Source: Euprymna scolopes
Lineage: Eukaryota
Reading direction: 5' to 3' (one strand)
Assembly: GCA_053919585.1 (NCBI GenBank)
Contig: CM132790.1
Length of the DNA: 64,000 bases
How positions within the stretch are numbered: position 1 is the first letter of the stretch; each line of letters starts with the position of its first letter. The notes below the pieces were generated by a model. The model made no database searches. It saw only the letters and a program-made list of their open reading frames with translations, and had not been told where the DNA came from. Below, piece by piece: positions 1-12,965 of this stretch. The position numbers were made by a program, and so were the translations under genes.

Positions 1-1221
1 TCTCCATAAATGGGGTTTTGATGGAGCATTAATATAACCAACAATATTAATAAAGCTTGCATTAAAGGTTTATAAATATAAAGACAAATAATCAACATGG
101 TTTCTACATATAAGCAGTATTTGGTGGCATCTGGCTGGTTTTCTGTGATTTTCACTATATTGTATTCGAAGGAAAATACGAAGATATTTTTATGAACAAT
201 AATATTTAAAGTAACTAAGTATTGTGTTAGATCAACATCGGATATGACAGCTGGTTATTGATATACGAGAAGCACATGCTAAGAAAAAGCTTTTGGGTTG
301 CACATAAATTGCTAATAAAAAAAAAACTGCTGGAAAAATAAATAACATCTGCACACGTTTATATTTTACACGTATATATATTTCCATATTTTTCCATCAC
401 TGACCGGACACGAGCCCCAAAGGGAAAATTTCAGTATGCAGTTTTCGGTTAATATTTATTCGACATCAAACATGCACAGATGACGTTTACTGGCATATAA
501 TCATAACACACACAAAAGTAAGGCATGCTTCGAAACATTAATCCACTTCTCTATTACCTGCAATTTGTTATGAAGTATCCATATTTCCTCATTAACAATC
601 TCCACGAAGCAATACTATTTTATAGCAGTATAAAAAATATATATGAATTACATATAGGCTCTTATTTATATTATTCTGTTTCTTTTGCACATCTTGAAAA
701 TAGAGTGAAACACTAATATGAAAGTATGGAAAAGCAATGAGAAAGTAGACGAAATTGCCTTCAAATTATAGATATCGACATGACCATCTCATGCTGGATG
801 AAATACATATCTTAATATTATTACGGATATAAATATAAAATATTACTGAAGTTTTGAAAAACATTAAACTGCTCTGAATGAATTAAGTACATAGCACATT
901 GGAACATACTGAACATTATAATACTATATTTTTAAAGTTAAAATGACACATCATGTTAAATGTCCTATAAAACGAAAGAAAATGAGTGGATACTATGCTT
1001 ACCATGAAGCGAATTTATTATACAAACAGAATCGCAATTACTACCTAAAATTAAAACTAATGACGACTGTTTGAGCGATATTAAAAGATAAGGAAAATAA
1101 TAAATTCAATTTTGGCGTTTAGTTTATTTTTTACACAAGTGGGGCTACCTGGCGTTACTCAGGACTGTGTAAACAATGAAAAAATTGAAGTTGATTTTAT
1201 ATACAACTGTTATTCTTTGGC

Positions 1222-1760
1222 GAGAGGAATTTTTAATTTCTATGTATCATTTACTATTTCGAGCTAAATAATATTTTACCTACCCTGGGAGTGCTATTAC
1301 ACATATCTGAAATAATTGTCCCTTCCCTATGACAGGTAATTTACAGAATGTATGTGAAATAATTTTACCTTTTGGGGGGTGAGTAATTTACAACACATAT
1401 TTAAAATATGTTTACCTACCTTCTGAATTTATATACATATATGAAACGATTTAACATACTCTCGACAGATATTGTACAGCATATATGAGAGGAATTTTGA
1501 ATATCTAGTATCACTTGGTATTTTGAGCAAAATATATTTTACCTACACTAGGAATGCTATTACACATATCTGACAAAATTTTACCTTCCTATGACAGGTA
1601 ATTTACAGAATGTATATGAAATAATTGTACCTTTTGGGGGCGGGTAATTTACAACACATATTTAAAATATGTTTACCTACTTTCTGAATGTATATTCATA
1701 TATGAAACAATTTAACATACTCTCGACAGTTATTGTACAGCATATATGGGATAATTTCAC
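1222..1760. repeat. Tandem duplication of a ~265-bp unit built from degenerate ~40-bp subunits
   Basis: gagaggaattt recurs at 1222 and 1487, and long blocks such as cctatgacaggtaatttacagaatgtat occur twice. The sub-motif 'tttacct...ttacacatat.tgaaataat' recurs within each unit. Confidence 0.85.
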
Positions 1761-1899
1761 TTCCCACCAAAGGCTGCCATAATTTTAAGAAAATTGAAAT
1801 CATTTTAAGAAGATGGCTCATTAGGATTTCCAAATTAATACATAAATGCATTGTGTTGGTTAATGCGTTCGCAAACCTTGGTTCACTATAAATTTCAAC

Positions 1900-3700
1900 A
1901 TTACTGCGTTTCCTCCCTTCCTCACTAATAAAATTGATATATATTCTTGAATGATTATTCCATTAGAAACACACCAATTCATTCATTAACATTTCATATT
2001 TTTTTAAAATTCTTGGATATGTTACTAATTTCGACAATCGCTTATTTAATAATTTTAACACATTATCAATCCCTCTTACGAAAACAATAACTTTGATATA
2101 TTGCCTGGCCCGATTATTTCATTACAAACGCAATAATTAATTAACTCAGATTTCATCATTTTTCATAATTATTGAATATGTTACTAATTTCGACAATATT
2201 TTTTTTATAATTTTAACCCGCATTATCACCACCCTAACGAAAAAATTAATTTGACATATTATCTGGCTTTATTTTTTCATTATATGCACAATAATCGATT
2301 AACTCACATTTAACCATTTTTCATGATTCTTGGATATGTTACTAATTTCGACGATCATGTTTATACTTTTCATCAACATTATCGCCCCCCTTACGAAAAT
2401 AATAACTTTGGTGTATTGGCTGGCTGTATTATTTCATTACAAACACAATAACCAATTAACTCACATTCCATCACTTTTCATTATTCTTGGATATGTTACG
2501 AATTTTGAACATCATTTTGCATCATTTTAACCCACATTATCGCCCTCCCTTACAAAGATAATGACTTGGATATATTGTCTGTATGTATTATTTCATTACA
2601 AAGACACTAATCAATTAACTCGCATTTTATCATTTTTAATAATTTTTGGATATATTACTAATTTAGACAATCATTTTTAATAATATAAACCAAACTGATT
2701 GGCCGCTCCTCTTACGGAAATAATAAATTTGATATATTGTTTGGGTTGTTTATTTCATTACAAACACAGCGATTTATTAATTCACACTGCATAATTTTTC
2801 AAAATTCTGGGATATGTAACTAATGTCGAGAATCATTTGTTTAATTTAAACCCGTACGAAATGAATAAATGTGAAATATTATCTGGGTCGATTATTTCAT
2901 TACAAAATCACCAATTTATAAACGAACATTTTATCATTTTCCTAATTCTTGGATATGTTACTACTTTCGACAATCATATATTATAATTCTTATCCGCATG
3001 ATAGCTCCCATCCCGTCGTATGAAAATAAAAAGCTTTGATATATTGGATGGGTATATTATTTCATTACAAACGCACATATCAGTTAACTCACATTTCATC
3101 ATCTCTCATAATTATTGGATATGTTACTAATTTCGACAATCACTTTTTGTATAATTGTAACACACATTATGCCTCCCCATTTTACGAAAATAATAATTTT
3201 GATATACTCTCTGGATTGATTATTTCATTACAAATACCCCAATCAATTAACTCACATGTCATCATATTTCCATCTCACATATCACCATATTTCATATTTC
3301 CTCAGATATGTTAGTAATTTCAGCTATCATTTTTCATAATTTTAACAAACATTATGGTCACTCCTTACGAAAATAATAATTTTGATATATTGCCTGGGTC
3401 GATTATTTCATTACAAACACACATATGGATTTACTCACATTTACCAATTTTACATAATTATTGGATATGTTACTAAATTCGACAATAAGTTTACATAATT
3501 TTAACCCCTATTATCCCCCTTACGGAAAAAAATATATATTTGATATATTATCTGGGTTGATCATTTCATTAAAGAAAACACCAATCAATTAATTCACATT
3601 CCATCATTTTTCACAATTCTTGGATATGTTACTATTTTAGACAATCATTTTTTATAATTGTAACTGACATTATCGCCCCCTTACGAAATAATAACTATGC
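1900..3700. repeat. Satellite array, ~158-bp monomer, ~11 diverged copies
   Basis: The motif ttggatatgttactaatttcgacaatc recurs near 2014, 2172, 2330, 2487, 2647, 2808, 2949, 3114, 3303, 3461 and 3620. The motif atttcattacaaa recurs with the same period. Confidence 0.95.
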
Positions 3701-3704
3701 AATA

Positions 3705-4208
3705 ATGTATGTTAAAAATATTCATGTAATAAATTCATGTTTTTATCGTAAACTGTTTCAGCAAATTCCAACACTGATTTTTATCCCCCACTACACTGTT
3801 AAAAATATACATTAAATAAATTAATGTCTTAAACGTAAAATATTGCAGCCATTTTCCGGACTGACACTATATGCCCCATCCCATTGTTAAAAATATTAAT
3901 GAAATATAGTAATGTTAAACTCATTAACGGTTCCAGCTATTTCCAGGACTGATTTCATATCACGCACCCCACTGTATAAAACATGCATGAAATAATGTAA
4001 TCTCTAAATCGTAGACTGTTTCAGCTTTTATATGTTAGATAAAGTAATTTTGAGATCATAAACTGCTTCAGCCGTTTCCGGGCTTTACTCTGTATCCCCA
4101 CTGCTTTTAAAAATATATATGAAATAAAGTATTTTTAGATATTAAACTGCTTCGGCCATTTCCGGGACTTACTCTATATTCCCCTTCCCACCTCTTAAAA
4201 TATATATG
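3705..4208. repeat. Minisatellite array, ~88-bp monomer, ~6 diverged copies
   Basis: 'cccact...gttaaaaatat...aaactg.ttcagc.atttcc.ggact' recurs, with gttaaaaata-like motifs near 3711, 3798, 3887, 3974, 4104 and 4193. Confidence 0.8.
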
Positions 4209-4262
4209 TGTCGGTTATTTTGTATTTTCAGAAGGAGGCAAAGCCTGGTAGAAAACTATATT

Positions 4263-4309
4263 AAGCTTACTTGGCATTTTGGCTAAGATCAAAGTGTAGT
4301 ATCTGTTCT
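4263..4309 (+). pseudogene. U2 snRNA 5' fragment (about the first 45 nt)
   Basis: gcttacttggcattttggctaagatcaaagtgtagtatctgttct closely matches the U2 5' end (ATCGCTTCTCGGCCTTTTGGCTAAGATCAA(A)GTGTAGTATCTGTTCT), including the branch-point recognition sequence GTAGTA. Similarity stops after TGTTCT. Confidence 0.85.
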
Positions 4310-4957
4310 GACATAGCATTTCAGCGAAACCATCTACTGGCCCCCTCTGCATATGATTAATGAACATTTAATATGTAAAGTTACCGATGTCTACATGCTA
4401 TATGCGTGCCTGTAAGCAAATATATTATTCGCTATAAACCACTCTTGGTGCATGAATATTATTTCCTGAGCATTTCAATGTTAAGTGACAAGTAATTTAA
4501 GAGTATACCTGTTAGATATTTAAACACACATAAGTCTACTGTTTTATTTATAGTTAAAATATTCTACCGTAAAATGAAATAAACTTTAGAGACTAATCAT
4601 TCTATTACTACAATGTGTATTAAATATCGTGCGTCATAGACGCAGATTTTTTTTGTTTATAAATGCCCTTATATACTGCTTTATATACATAAATGCCATA
4701 ATATCCATAAACACCATTATATACCGCTTTATCTCATTATAGCCAGGTGTGTATACATGTTACGGTGCTGTATGAATGATCATTGCCCATTTTGTGCCAA
4801 ATTTTTCATTGTCAGAAGTCCGACTTGTATCGCAAAACACTGAAAACGTTTTATTCGGACACTCAGAAAAACATATTTCAAAAGTATATTATAAAACACG
4901 ACTGAGAATCGAACTAAATCTGGACACAAGAATATCTCCAACCTCTAGAATACAGCG

Positions 4958-5565
4958 TTTTTTCACTTATCAAGGCCGGGAAGCCACTCAGGGATAAAAG
5001 TTATTGCATGTACAGTAATCAATGGGATAGTAACGTAGTAATCGTTAGTATTGGAGATTTGATAACATGTCTTACTTAAAGGGGCGGTTCATCAGGAATT
5101 TGTTTATATTGTATTTGAAGGATTCCAAGTTGTAGTCAGGTGGTAAACAGGCAAACGAAAGAGGCATGCAACTCTAAGAAAGAAGCTTTGTTCATGGAGT
5201 CTATATTTTGATTTAGGCACAGATAAAGAATGGGAAAAATTATTGACAGTGGTTTCAGCTAGACAGGCGTTTTTCGCGAAGGAATGGCGATGGGGCAGAG
5301 ATTGGAGCTTAGACGAGCACTTGCCATGGATATAACGACAAAACAAAGACATGCTAGCAACGTCTCTTCTGTGGGAAAGAGGTTTCAGGGAAGCGAAAAT
5401 CGCCCCCTCCCACACTTAGTACTTTGGCATGGCAAGATGGGCTGTTTTTAGCAGTTTCTGCCCAGATGTGGCAGCAGTACTCCATGCTTGAACGTACTTA
5501 GTTTTATATAGATAGAAAATTGCATCAGTAGTGAGAAGTCTTCTGGAGCGGTAGAAGGAAACAAA
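4958..5565 (-). mobile_element. CR1-group LINE, decayed 3' fragment (same family as 60464-61625)
   Basis: The ORF 5104-5415 segment LKPLSHRRDVASMSLFCRYIHGKCS matches the 60602-61255 protein. The 3'UTR motif tcaaggcc...gccactca.ggataa is shared, and a short A tail lies at 4958-4963. Confidence 0.9.
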
Positions 5566-7041
5566 GCTCGGCTTCTTGTCGCGTCATGAATTAAATTTTG
5601 ATCGAAATTAAATAATAAACAAATGATTTATGCTAGAAAAAATGTAATATAAAGATGCAACAAAAAAAAACGTTTTACTCATCTAATTAATCTAAACATT
5701 ATTCTTACATAATTAATACTTGTAATTAAAATCTAAATAAAATATACATATTATTTATAATTTTTGAATGTATGCATTTATTAAATTATTTATTTGATTT
5801 GTACAAATTGATGTACAGTTAAGTTTATATCATAGTTACAGCTATGACAACAGCCTATTTTTCCATTGTTAGTACTGTCGAGTATGTATCCTTTGAGATC
5901 GTATATGCTTTTATATAGAGTGATGTGGTTGTCGATTGATTGAGAGTCAAAAAATAAAAAGAACATTCTGTTGTCATAGCGCTGGCCATGATGTAATAAA
6001 GTCTGCTAAACATTATATAAGACAGCGGGTTCATAATTTCGTTGGGGAAACTATCGCGGCATTACGCGAGACGACGGACTTTCTAAATCTGACGTATCAA
6101 AACACTGTCTTGCATTTGCTTTTTTGTGCATGCCACTATCTATGCATTTAAAATTAGTTGTTTGTCTCTTTTTTCTTCCTATATTCACAACAACTAAAAG
6201 CGAGATTTAAAAAAAAATACTAAGGGAAAGCTAAAATATAAAGGGCACTAATCTGTCCTGGCGACTTTAATCGTGGTATTGAAAAGGACTTCCATCAATG
6301 AACTCCATGATTAAATAATCAGCAATAAATCAGTGCCGACATTTTAGAAACAGAGGACTAAACCTGTCTTAAGTTTTAAGTAATCACATGTAAATGTTGC
6401 ATTTAACACTTTAAAACTTGAAATAATTGTTTGCAGGAAAACTATCAGTTCCGGGCAATGACGTTAGAAAACTACCTGGAAAACAGCAAATTGTTTTAAA
6501 TCCATGAATAGCCATATTGCATTTTTCCATCTTATTAAAAAAGAATATAGGGCAATATAAACTCGATAGGAAACATNNNNNNNNNNNNNNNNNNNNNNNN
6601 NNNNNNNNNNNNNNNNNNNNNNNNNNNNNNNNNNNNNNNNNNNNNNNNNNNNNNNNNNNNNNNNNNNNNNNNNNNNNNNNNNNNNNNNNNNNNNNNNNNN
6701 NNNNNNNNNNNNNNNNNNNNNNNNNNNNNNNNNNNNNNNNNNNNNNNNNNNNNNNNNNNNNNNNNNNNNNNNNNNGTCACAGAAGAGACAACGAAGTAAA
6801 AACAAAATTAAAAGCAATATTCATACCAGAGCAGCAAAACTAAAACTGGGTTTCCAGGACACTATATATTTTAAAATTATAAGCAAATTTGAGACCTTTT
6901 TTTATTAAAAATATAGGCAATTTTTATGTAGTGTCATAGAATTTTAACCATAAAATAGTATTTAAATTATTGAATAACTTGGCAATTTTTATGTACTTTC
7001 ATCCACTAAGATATAAGCATTTTCATATTTATTGGCACAAG

Positions 7042-7124
<83 letters not shown>
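7042..7124. repeat. (TA)n/(CA)n microsatellite
   Basis: Direct reading. Confidence 0.95.
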
Positions 7125-8460
7125 TAAGCACCGCCAAAAATGGCCGCAAAATCAAGTAGTTGTTTTTTAAAACGAAATTACATTTATTAAAATCCATTAT
7201 TTCCGAGTAACTTTTTGTTTCCAGAAAGATAAAACCCTGAATTTTATCATATAGAAAACAGAATAATGTCAAACTTTTTCTACTATTTTTAATTCAATTT
7301 TAAATGTTAAATTTTCCCAAAAAGTTAACAATTGACATTTTTTGTCTTGCACGAAAAACGTACTTAAATATTAAAAAAAAAGGGTTTTTGAAATAATTAA
7401 TTAATTTATTTATTGTCTAACTAAGATTTAGGATAATTTTCTAAGAGAATATGCAAAAATATTATCATATAAGTACCTGAATTTCAAATAATTCCACTTA
7501 TTCATATAGGTAACCAGATATTTCGCGTTGACGTAGAGTTCAGATCGACTCTGTTTACGTTTTCGTTTGATAAAAAGCAAACTATGGAAGACCAAACAGG
7601 CCAAAAAAATCTTATTTTTCAGTGACGAAAATTTCAATGTATTATTAAGCTGAGGCTGGCCAGTACCAGATGGGTGACCATTTGTATGCGTTTGGTTTTT
7701 AATGTGTATGTGTGTGGGGGCCAGGCTCCCTAAAATGGGGGGGCAATTTAAAGGAGAATAAAAAAAAAATTATTTCAGCGCGTTTGGTCCACCGTATCGA
7801 AAGGCGGCAAACATTTTCAAACGGGATCGAAAAAAATGATGCTATTTTTAACACAAAGGGCACAATATTAATCGAATTTTTTTTTTTGGTACGATTATTC
7901 AAAGCATGCCCTGTTTAATAATGGGCATGCATTATTCGGCTCGCTAAAAAAAAATTGTTAATTTGTTTATCAAAAATTTTAAAATAGCTTTTTTCGTATA
8001 AATATTAATTTTTTTTTTTTTGTTTTGCTTAACTTAAATTAATTATTTTACTTAACATATTCACCGAATTTCATACTTCAAAACTCAAAAGCGGGATAAT
8101 TAAACACAATCGAAGTTCTGATATTCAGACGTCAAAATAAGGTATGCAAACAATTTTTTTTTAATCTATAATTTTGTCCCTTACAACAACACAATATGTT
8201 GATTTCAGTTTCAGATGATTATTTGAAGCATATTTGTTCCCACTTCAAAACAAGGGGGGGTTTGTAAGCAAAAAAAATATATATATATATAAATATCGTT
8301 TATGAAAAATAAGTACACTGTTATAAAGTTCATTCTTCTCCTAATAATCGCTGGAAATTTCGTATTGATCGGATAATTACCTGATTTTTGGTAGATTTTT
8401 AAAAAGACGGTCCGTCAAAAAGTACTGACCTGCCCCCCCTCCCAGTTTTGGCGGTGCCTA
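7125..8460. mobile_element. Non-autonomous hAT-like DNA transposon, copy 1 (~1.34 kb)
   Basis: TIRs TA(A)GCACCGCCAAAAATGG...CCAGTTTTGGCGGTGCCTA. The right flank atatacac matches the left flank atatacac(+acac slippage), consistent with an 8-bp TSD. Colinear with 8581-9910; no transposase ORF. Confidence 0.85.
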
Positions 8461-8580
8461 ATATACACCAACCACGCTTGGTTTGAATATATGGTTAAGT
8501 GGCTGTTTTAGTCACTTAGAACTGCTTTAAAGCTTCACCGTTCACTCATTTCGCGATCAAATTTCAAACAAGGTTTAGAG

Positions 8581-9910
8581 TAGGCACCGCCAAAAATGGC
8601 CGCAAAATCAAGTTGTTGTTGTTTTTTTAAACGAAATTACATTTATTAAAATCCATTATTACTGAGTATTTTTTTTTTTTGCAGAAAGATAAAACCCTGA
8701 ATTTTATCATATAGAAAACAAAATAATATAAAACTTTTTCTAGTATTTTTCCTTAAATTTTAAATGTTAATTTACCCCAAAAGTTAACAATTAACATTTT
8801 TTGTCTTGCACACAAAACGTACATAAATATTACAAAAAAAAGAAAGTTTTTTGAACTAATTAATTTATTTATTTGTTGTCTAACTAAGATTTAGGATGAT
8901 TTTCTATGAGAATATGCAAAATATTATAATATAAATACCTAAATTCCAAATAATTCCACTTATTTATATAGGGAACCAGTTACTTCGCGTCAATCTAGAG
9001 TCTAGATCTAAAATGTTTACGTTGGTGTTTAATAAAAAGCAAACTATGGAAGACCAAACAGCCCAAAAAAATCTTATTTTTCAGTGACGAAAATTTCAAT
9101 GTATTTTTAACGTTGAGACTGGCCAATACCAGATGGGTGACCATTTGTATGAGTTTTTTTTTTAATGTGTATATGTGTGGGGGTCAGGCTCCCCAAAATC
9201 GGGGGGGGGCAATTTAAAGCAGAATAAAAAAAAAATTATTTCAGCGCGTTGGGTCCAGCGTAGTCGAATTGCGGCAAACGTTTTCAAACGGGATCGCAAA
9301 AATTATGCTTTTTTTAACACAAAGGGAACAATATTTATCGAATTTATTTTTGTTTGTATCGATTCTTCAAAGCATGCCCTATTTAATAATGGTCATGCAT
9401 TATTCGGCTCGTTAAAAAAATTGTTAATTTATTTATCAAAGATTTTAAAATTGCTTTTTTCGTATAAATATTTAAAAAAAAATATTTTTGCTTAACTTAA
9501 ATTATTTTTTTTACTTAACACATTCACCGAATTTAACACTTCAAAACTCAAAAGCGGGATAATTAAACACAATCGAAGTTCTGATATTCATACGTCAAAA
9601 TAAGGTATGTAAACAATTTTTGTTTAAATCTATAATTCTGTCCGTTACAACAACACAGTATGTTTTGTTCAGTTTCAGATGATTATTTTAAGCATATTTG
9701 TACCCCTTCAAAACAAGGGGGTGTAAGCAAAAATATATATATATATCGTTTATGAAAATAAGTACACTTTTACAAAGTTCATTCTTCTCTTAATAATATC
9801 TGAAAATTTCGTATTGATCGGATAATTACCTGATTTTTGGTAGAGTTTTAAAAAGACGGTTCGTCAAAAAGTACTTACCTGCCCCCCCCCCCCAGTTTTG
9901 GCGGTGCCTA
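8581..9910. mobile_element. Non-autonomous hAT-like DNA transposon, copy 2 (~1.33 kb)
   Basis: TIRs TAGGCACCGCCAAAAATGG...CCAGTTTTGGCGGTGCCTA. The 8-bp TSD gtttagag/gtttacag has 1 mismatch. TAGG...CCTA ends and an 8-bp TSD are hAT hallmarks. Confidence 0.88.
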
Positions 9911-12329
9911 GTTTACAGTTCATGGATTACTTGCTCAGCTATATTGTGAAAATAAATTTTCCATTTTAGTTCGGTAAAACAATAGTTTGATGGATTTCCT
10001 GGTGTTTACGATCGTAAAACACACGAGGACGTGAAGAACGTTTTTATGATTAGTTTTCATTGGGACTGCGTAGGTTCAGCGATTAATGTTGCTACTAATT
10101 CACCGCTCTCACGAAAAGACAAGTAACTGGTGACAACTTTTTACAGTCATATAATGTTTCAATCAGTTATTTGTTTTTCTAGTTTTGCATGGCGATTTAA
10201 AGTTATCATATATTTCTTAAATACTCTGGATCTGATATAATCTAGACTAATCTTGTTGCTCTAGTTTCAAATGGTCTGAAATAATACATGATACGTGATT
10301 GCAAATAATTCCCGTATATTATATCTCTCCTCTAACATTTTTATACATGAAGTAAATTTCAAAGTGTATAAAAATTGTTTGATACTGGAGATATTTATAA
10401 TCGTACACTATTTCCAAAAGATTAAAGATATAATATACGAGAAATATGTGGAAATGTTTCCCCTTTCTGTTATTTTAGGTCATTTGAAACAATAGAATCA
10501 TATCTGTTACATAAAATCGCATCCAGGTATAAACAAAAATATAATAATGCATACCATCACTTCATATAATTTATGCATTAGCATTATATTACAAAATGTT
10601 GCCACACAATCACTAACAATAAAAAAAATATAATTCGCATTGTTATGTACTTTATCGTGGAATAATGAAATGCATTGGAAGTATTAAAGTTTTTTTACAC
10701 TACGTATGAAGTGCATTTCAAAGAGAGAATATTAAGTTGCACGTGTTGGTGGAAAACTTGTTTCCTCATTATAATTTCTATTTAAGTAAATTCTTTAAAA
10801 ATAAGAATAATTACTCCTGAATGTGCCATACCAAGTTTGTCTGACACGGTGATGTGAAGTACGTTATATCAGTTTTTGATACATAAATCATTTGTTAATA
10901 TTATATTCATACATGTTCTGCTAACTAATAATTATCCGAAGAAAAGTGATGTTGGATAACATTACCTTAGACTTTAACATATGTTCGGATATACGTCTTA
11001 GAAGTAGTCTACTATACGGCAGTAAATCCAAAACAGTATGTTTTTAATTCAAAAATCCTTTGTTCTTATTCGGCCAGCATTGCCAATCACATCTACTCCC
11101 CAATGGTGTCAGCAAATATTCCAAGCGTCTCGCTGCGAATGCGTGTGAGAGTTGGCGCTTGATGAACAATTTTCGTTTTGATCAGCATTAACAACATCAT
11201 AGCATCGTCGAATGCAAGAAATAAACTGGCGCAAGAAGAAAGTATAATTCCTCTGTAGTTGCTGATTGCAAGCCGAGTTGAAAGGACGCCAACATTTGAT
11301 AGACAATGCGGATACTTGAAGGTCAGCGAAATGGTGGCTCGTGTATTTTCTTTTTTATATATGCAATGTGTTTGTATTGTTCCTTTGGATAATAATGACA
11401 ATAATAGTATTCATGATAATACTCAGAAGACGAAAAAAGAGGAGAAAAAAGAAGAAAAAGAAGGAAAAGAAGAAGAAAAAGAAGGATGATACTAAGTTTT
11501 ACATAGGAGAAATGGGTCTCTACAACAGCCAGTAAAAATTCAGATAACTTAAGGAAAATTCTCAAATACAGAAAATAACACATATAAGCAACAACATCTA
11601 ACCGATTATAGGGAAACCTCAACGGATGTAAACATTTGGATTGCCTGTCCCAAATAGTTGTCTCGGAATAGACTATTCTCAGAAAGTATGGAATCTCAGG
11701 ATGAGGAATGCACCAAGTAAACATTAACTGGATAATTGTGAAGAGGGCTGGTGCATTATTGATTTATAACCATTATAATTTCAATGAAGGCTGGTGAGTA
11801 TTGCTAGCGAGAAGTCAATGTTGGGATAACGCAAAGAAATTTGTAAATGGTTATCCAAAGGATGGCGAGTACTAAAAGCCTTAGAGGTTTGTATTTAACC
11901 AAAAAATCTTGGAAAAAAGCTATGCGACTAGTTTATCAGAATAGCATGTGTAAGATAAAGGCCCTAGCGCAAAATAATTAAACAGACTCGCAAAAAAGTA
12001 CACGATAATGTACTGTGATTTTTATTAAAGTATTGCCATATGAAATCATAAATTAATTGCCAGAGAGAAATAAATGACCAGTGGCAGATTCGACAACTAA
12101 AATTACGTTGCAAAGTGTGTCAAAATAAGGGTAGAGTAATATTAATTAGGGGGGGACTTGTTTTCACACATGATCTAGGGAACATTTCTGGTTGATAGCT
12201 AATTGTAGGCGAGTAGTACCTGATAATTAACTGTGAAAATCTCTTATTTAGTAAATAGTTCTAATAAAAATAATGATACAAAGAATACGAAAAAGACGAA
12301 GCAAATATTAAGATACTCTTGGATTCAAA

Positions 12330-12965
12330 GGCTGGACGAAACGTTAATTGAAATATCGTTAACTAAAACCTAAGAGACTTACAATCACGCGCAATGCAGT
12401 ATACTTACAGGATATTACTCAATAAGTCTACCTAAAAAGTAAAAAAAAAATCAATTGAAGAGGACAAGTTTGTATTTGAAGACTCTTAATGTCAGGGCAG
12501 CGATTTATAAAAATTATATAATGCAGAACAAAAACACCGTACTAGAAGAGACTGCAAGAATAAGCAAAACAAAAAGCAGAATAGCGAGGGAAAATACGAC
12601 AAAAAATGGAAAGGGCCACAGCTACACATGCGATATTATGGATGACTAAAATTGAAACTCATGAAAACACTTGGGCACGGCTGGAGAAAGTACACCGAAA
12701 CAGTGAAAATGAATCTCTAATAAATTCACTTAAAACAAACCTGCAAACATATCATACAAAGATCAACAAGTTACAAGAGAATCACAAATGGAGAACCTGT
12801 AGGAAAAGAGACCAAACGATAAAACACATAATAAGTGAATGTAGCAAAATATCTCATAAACATGAGAATAGGCATGATCAAGTGAAGAAGAGAGCATACC
12901 GAGAACAATGCAAACAACTGCATAGTGAACACCAACTAAATGCTGCAAACACCAAAAATTTCTAG
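12330..12965 (+). mobile_element. Decayed R4/Dong-like (RLE-type) non-LTR retrotransposon fragment
   Basis: ORF 12606-12965 contains the zinc-knuckle remnant TCRKRDQTIKHIISECSK followed by RHD, as found upstream of restriction-like endonucleases. Boundaries are approximate. Confidence 0.7.

Noticed and set aside
1900-3700. Regularly spaced conserved motif, superficially CRISPR-like
   Set aside because: The 'spacers' are homologous to each other, the context is eukaryotic and there are no cas genes. It is a satellite.
6464-6843. ORFs spanning X runs (here and at the other N blocks)
   Set aside because: They are artefacts of N gaps.
6970-7272. ORFs with poly-(YI) runs (also 13827, 25718, 26409, 35214-35735, 37600, 39007, 42655)
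   Set aside because: They are translations of (TA)n microsatellites.
7125-9910. Tc1/mariner (TA TSD) or Harbinger (3-bp TSD) reading of the 1.3-kb elements
   Set aside because: Both copies show matching 8-bp flanks outside TAGG...CCTA ends, which fits hAT better.
11093-11724. Overlapping ORFs with an E/K-rich tail
   Set aside because: Driven by a GAA-rich low-complexity tract, with no recognisable domain or convincing exon structure.
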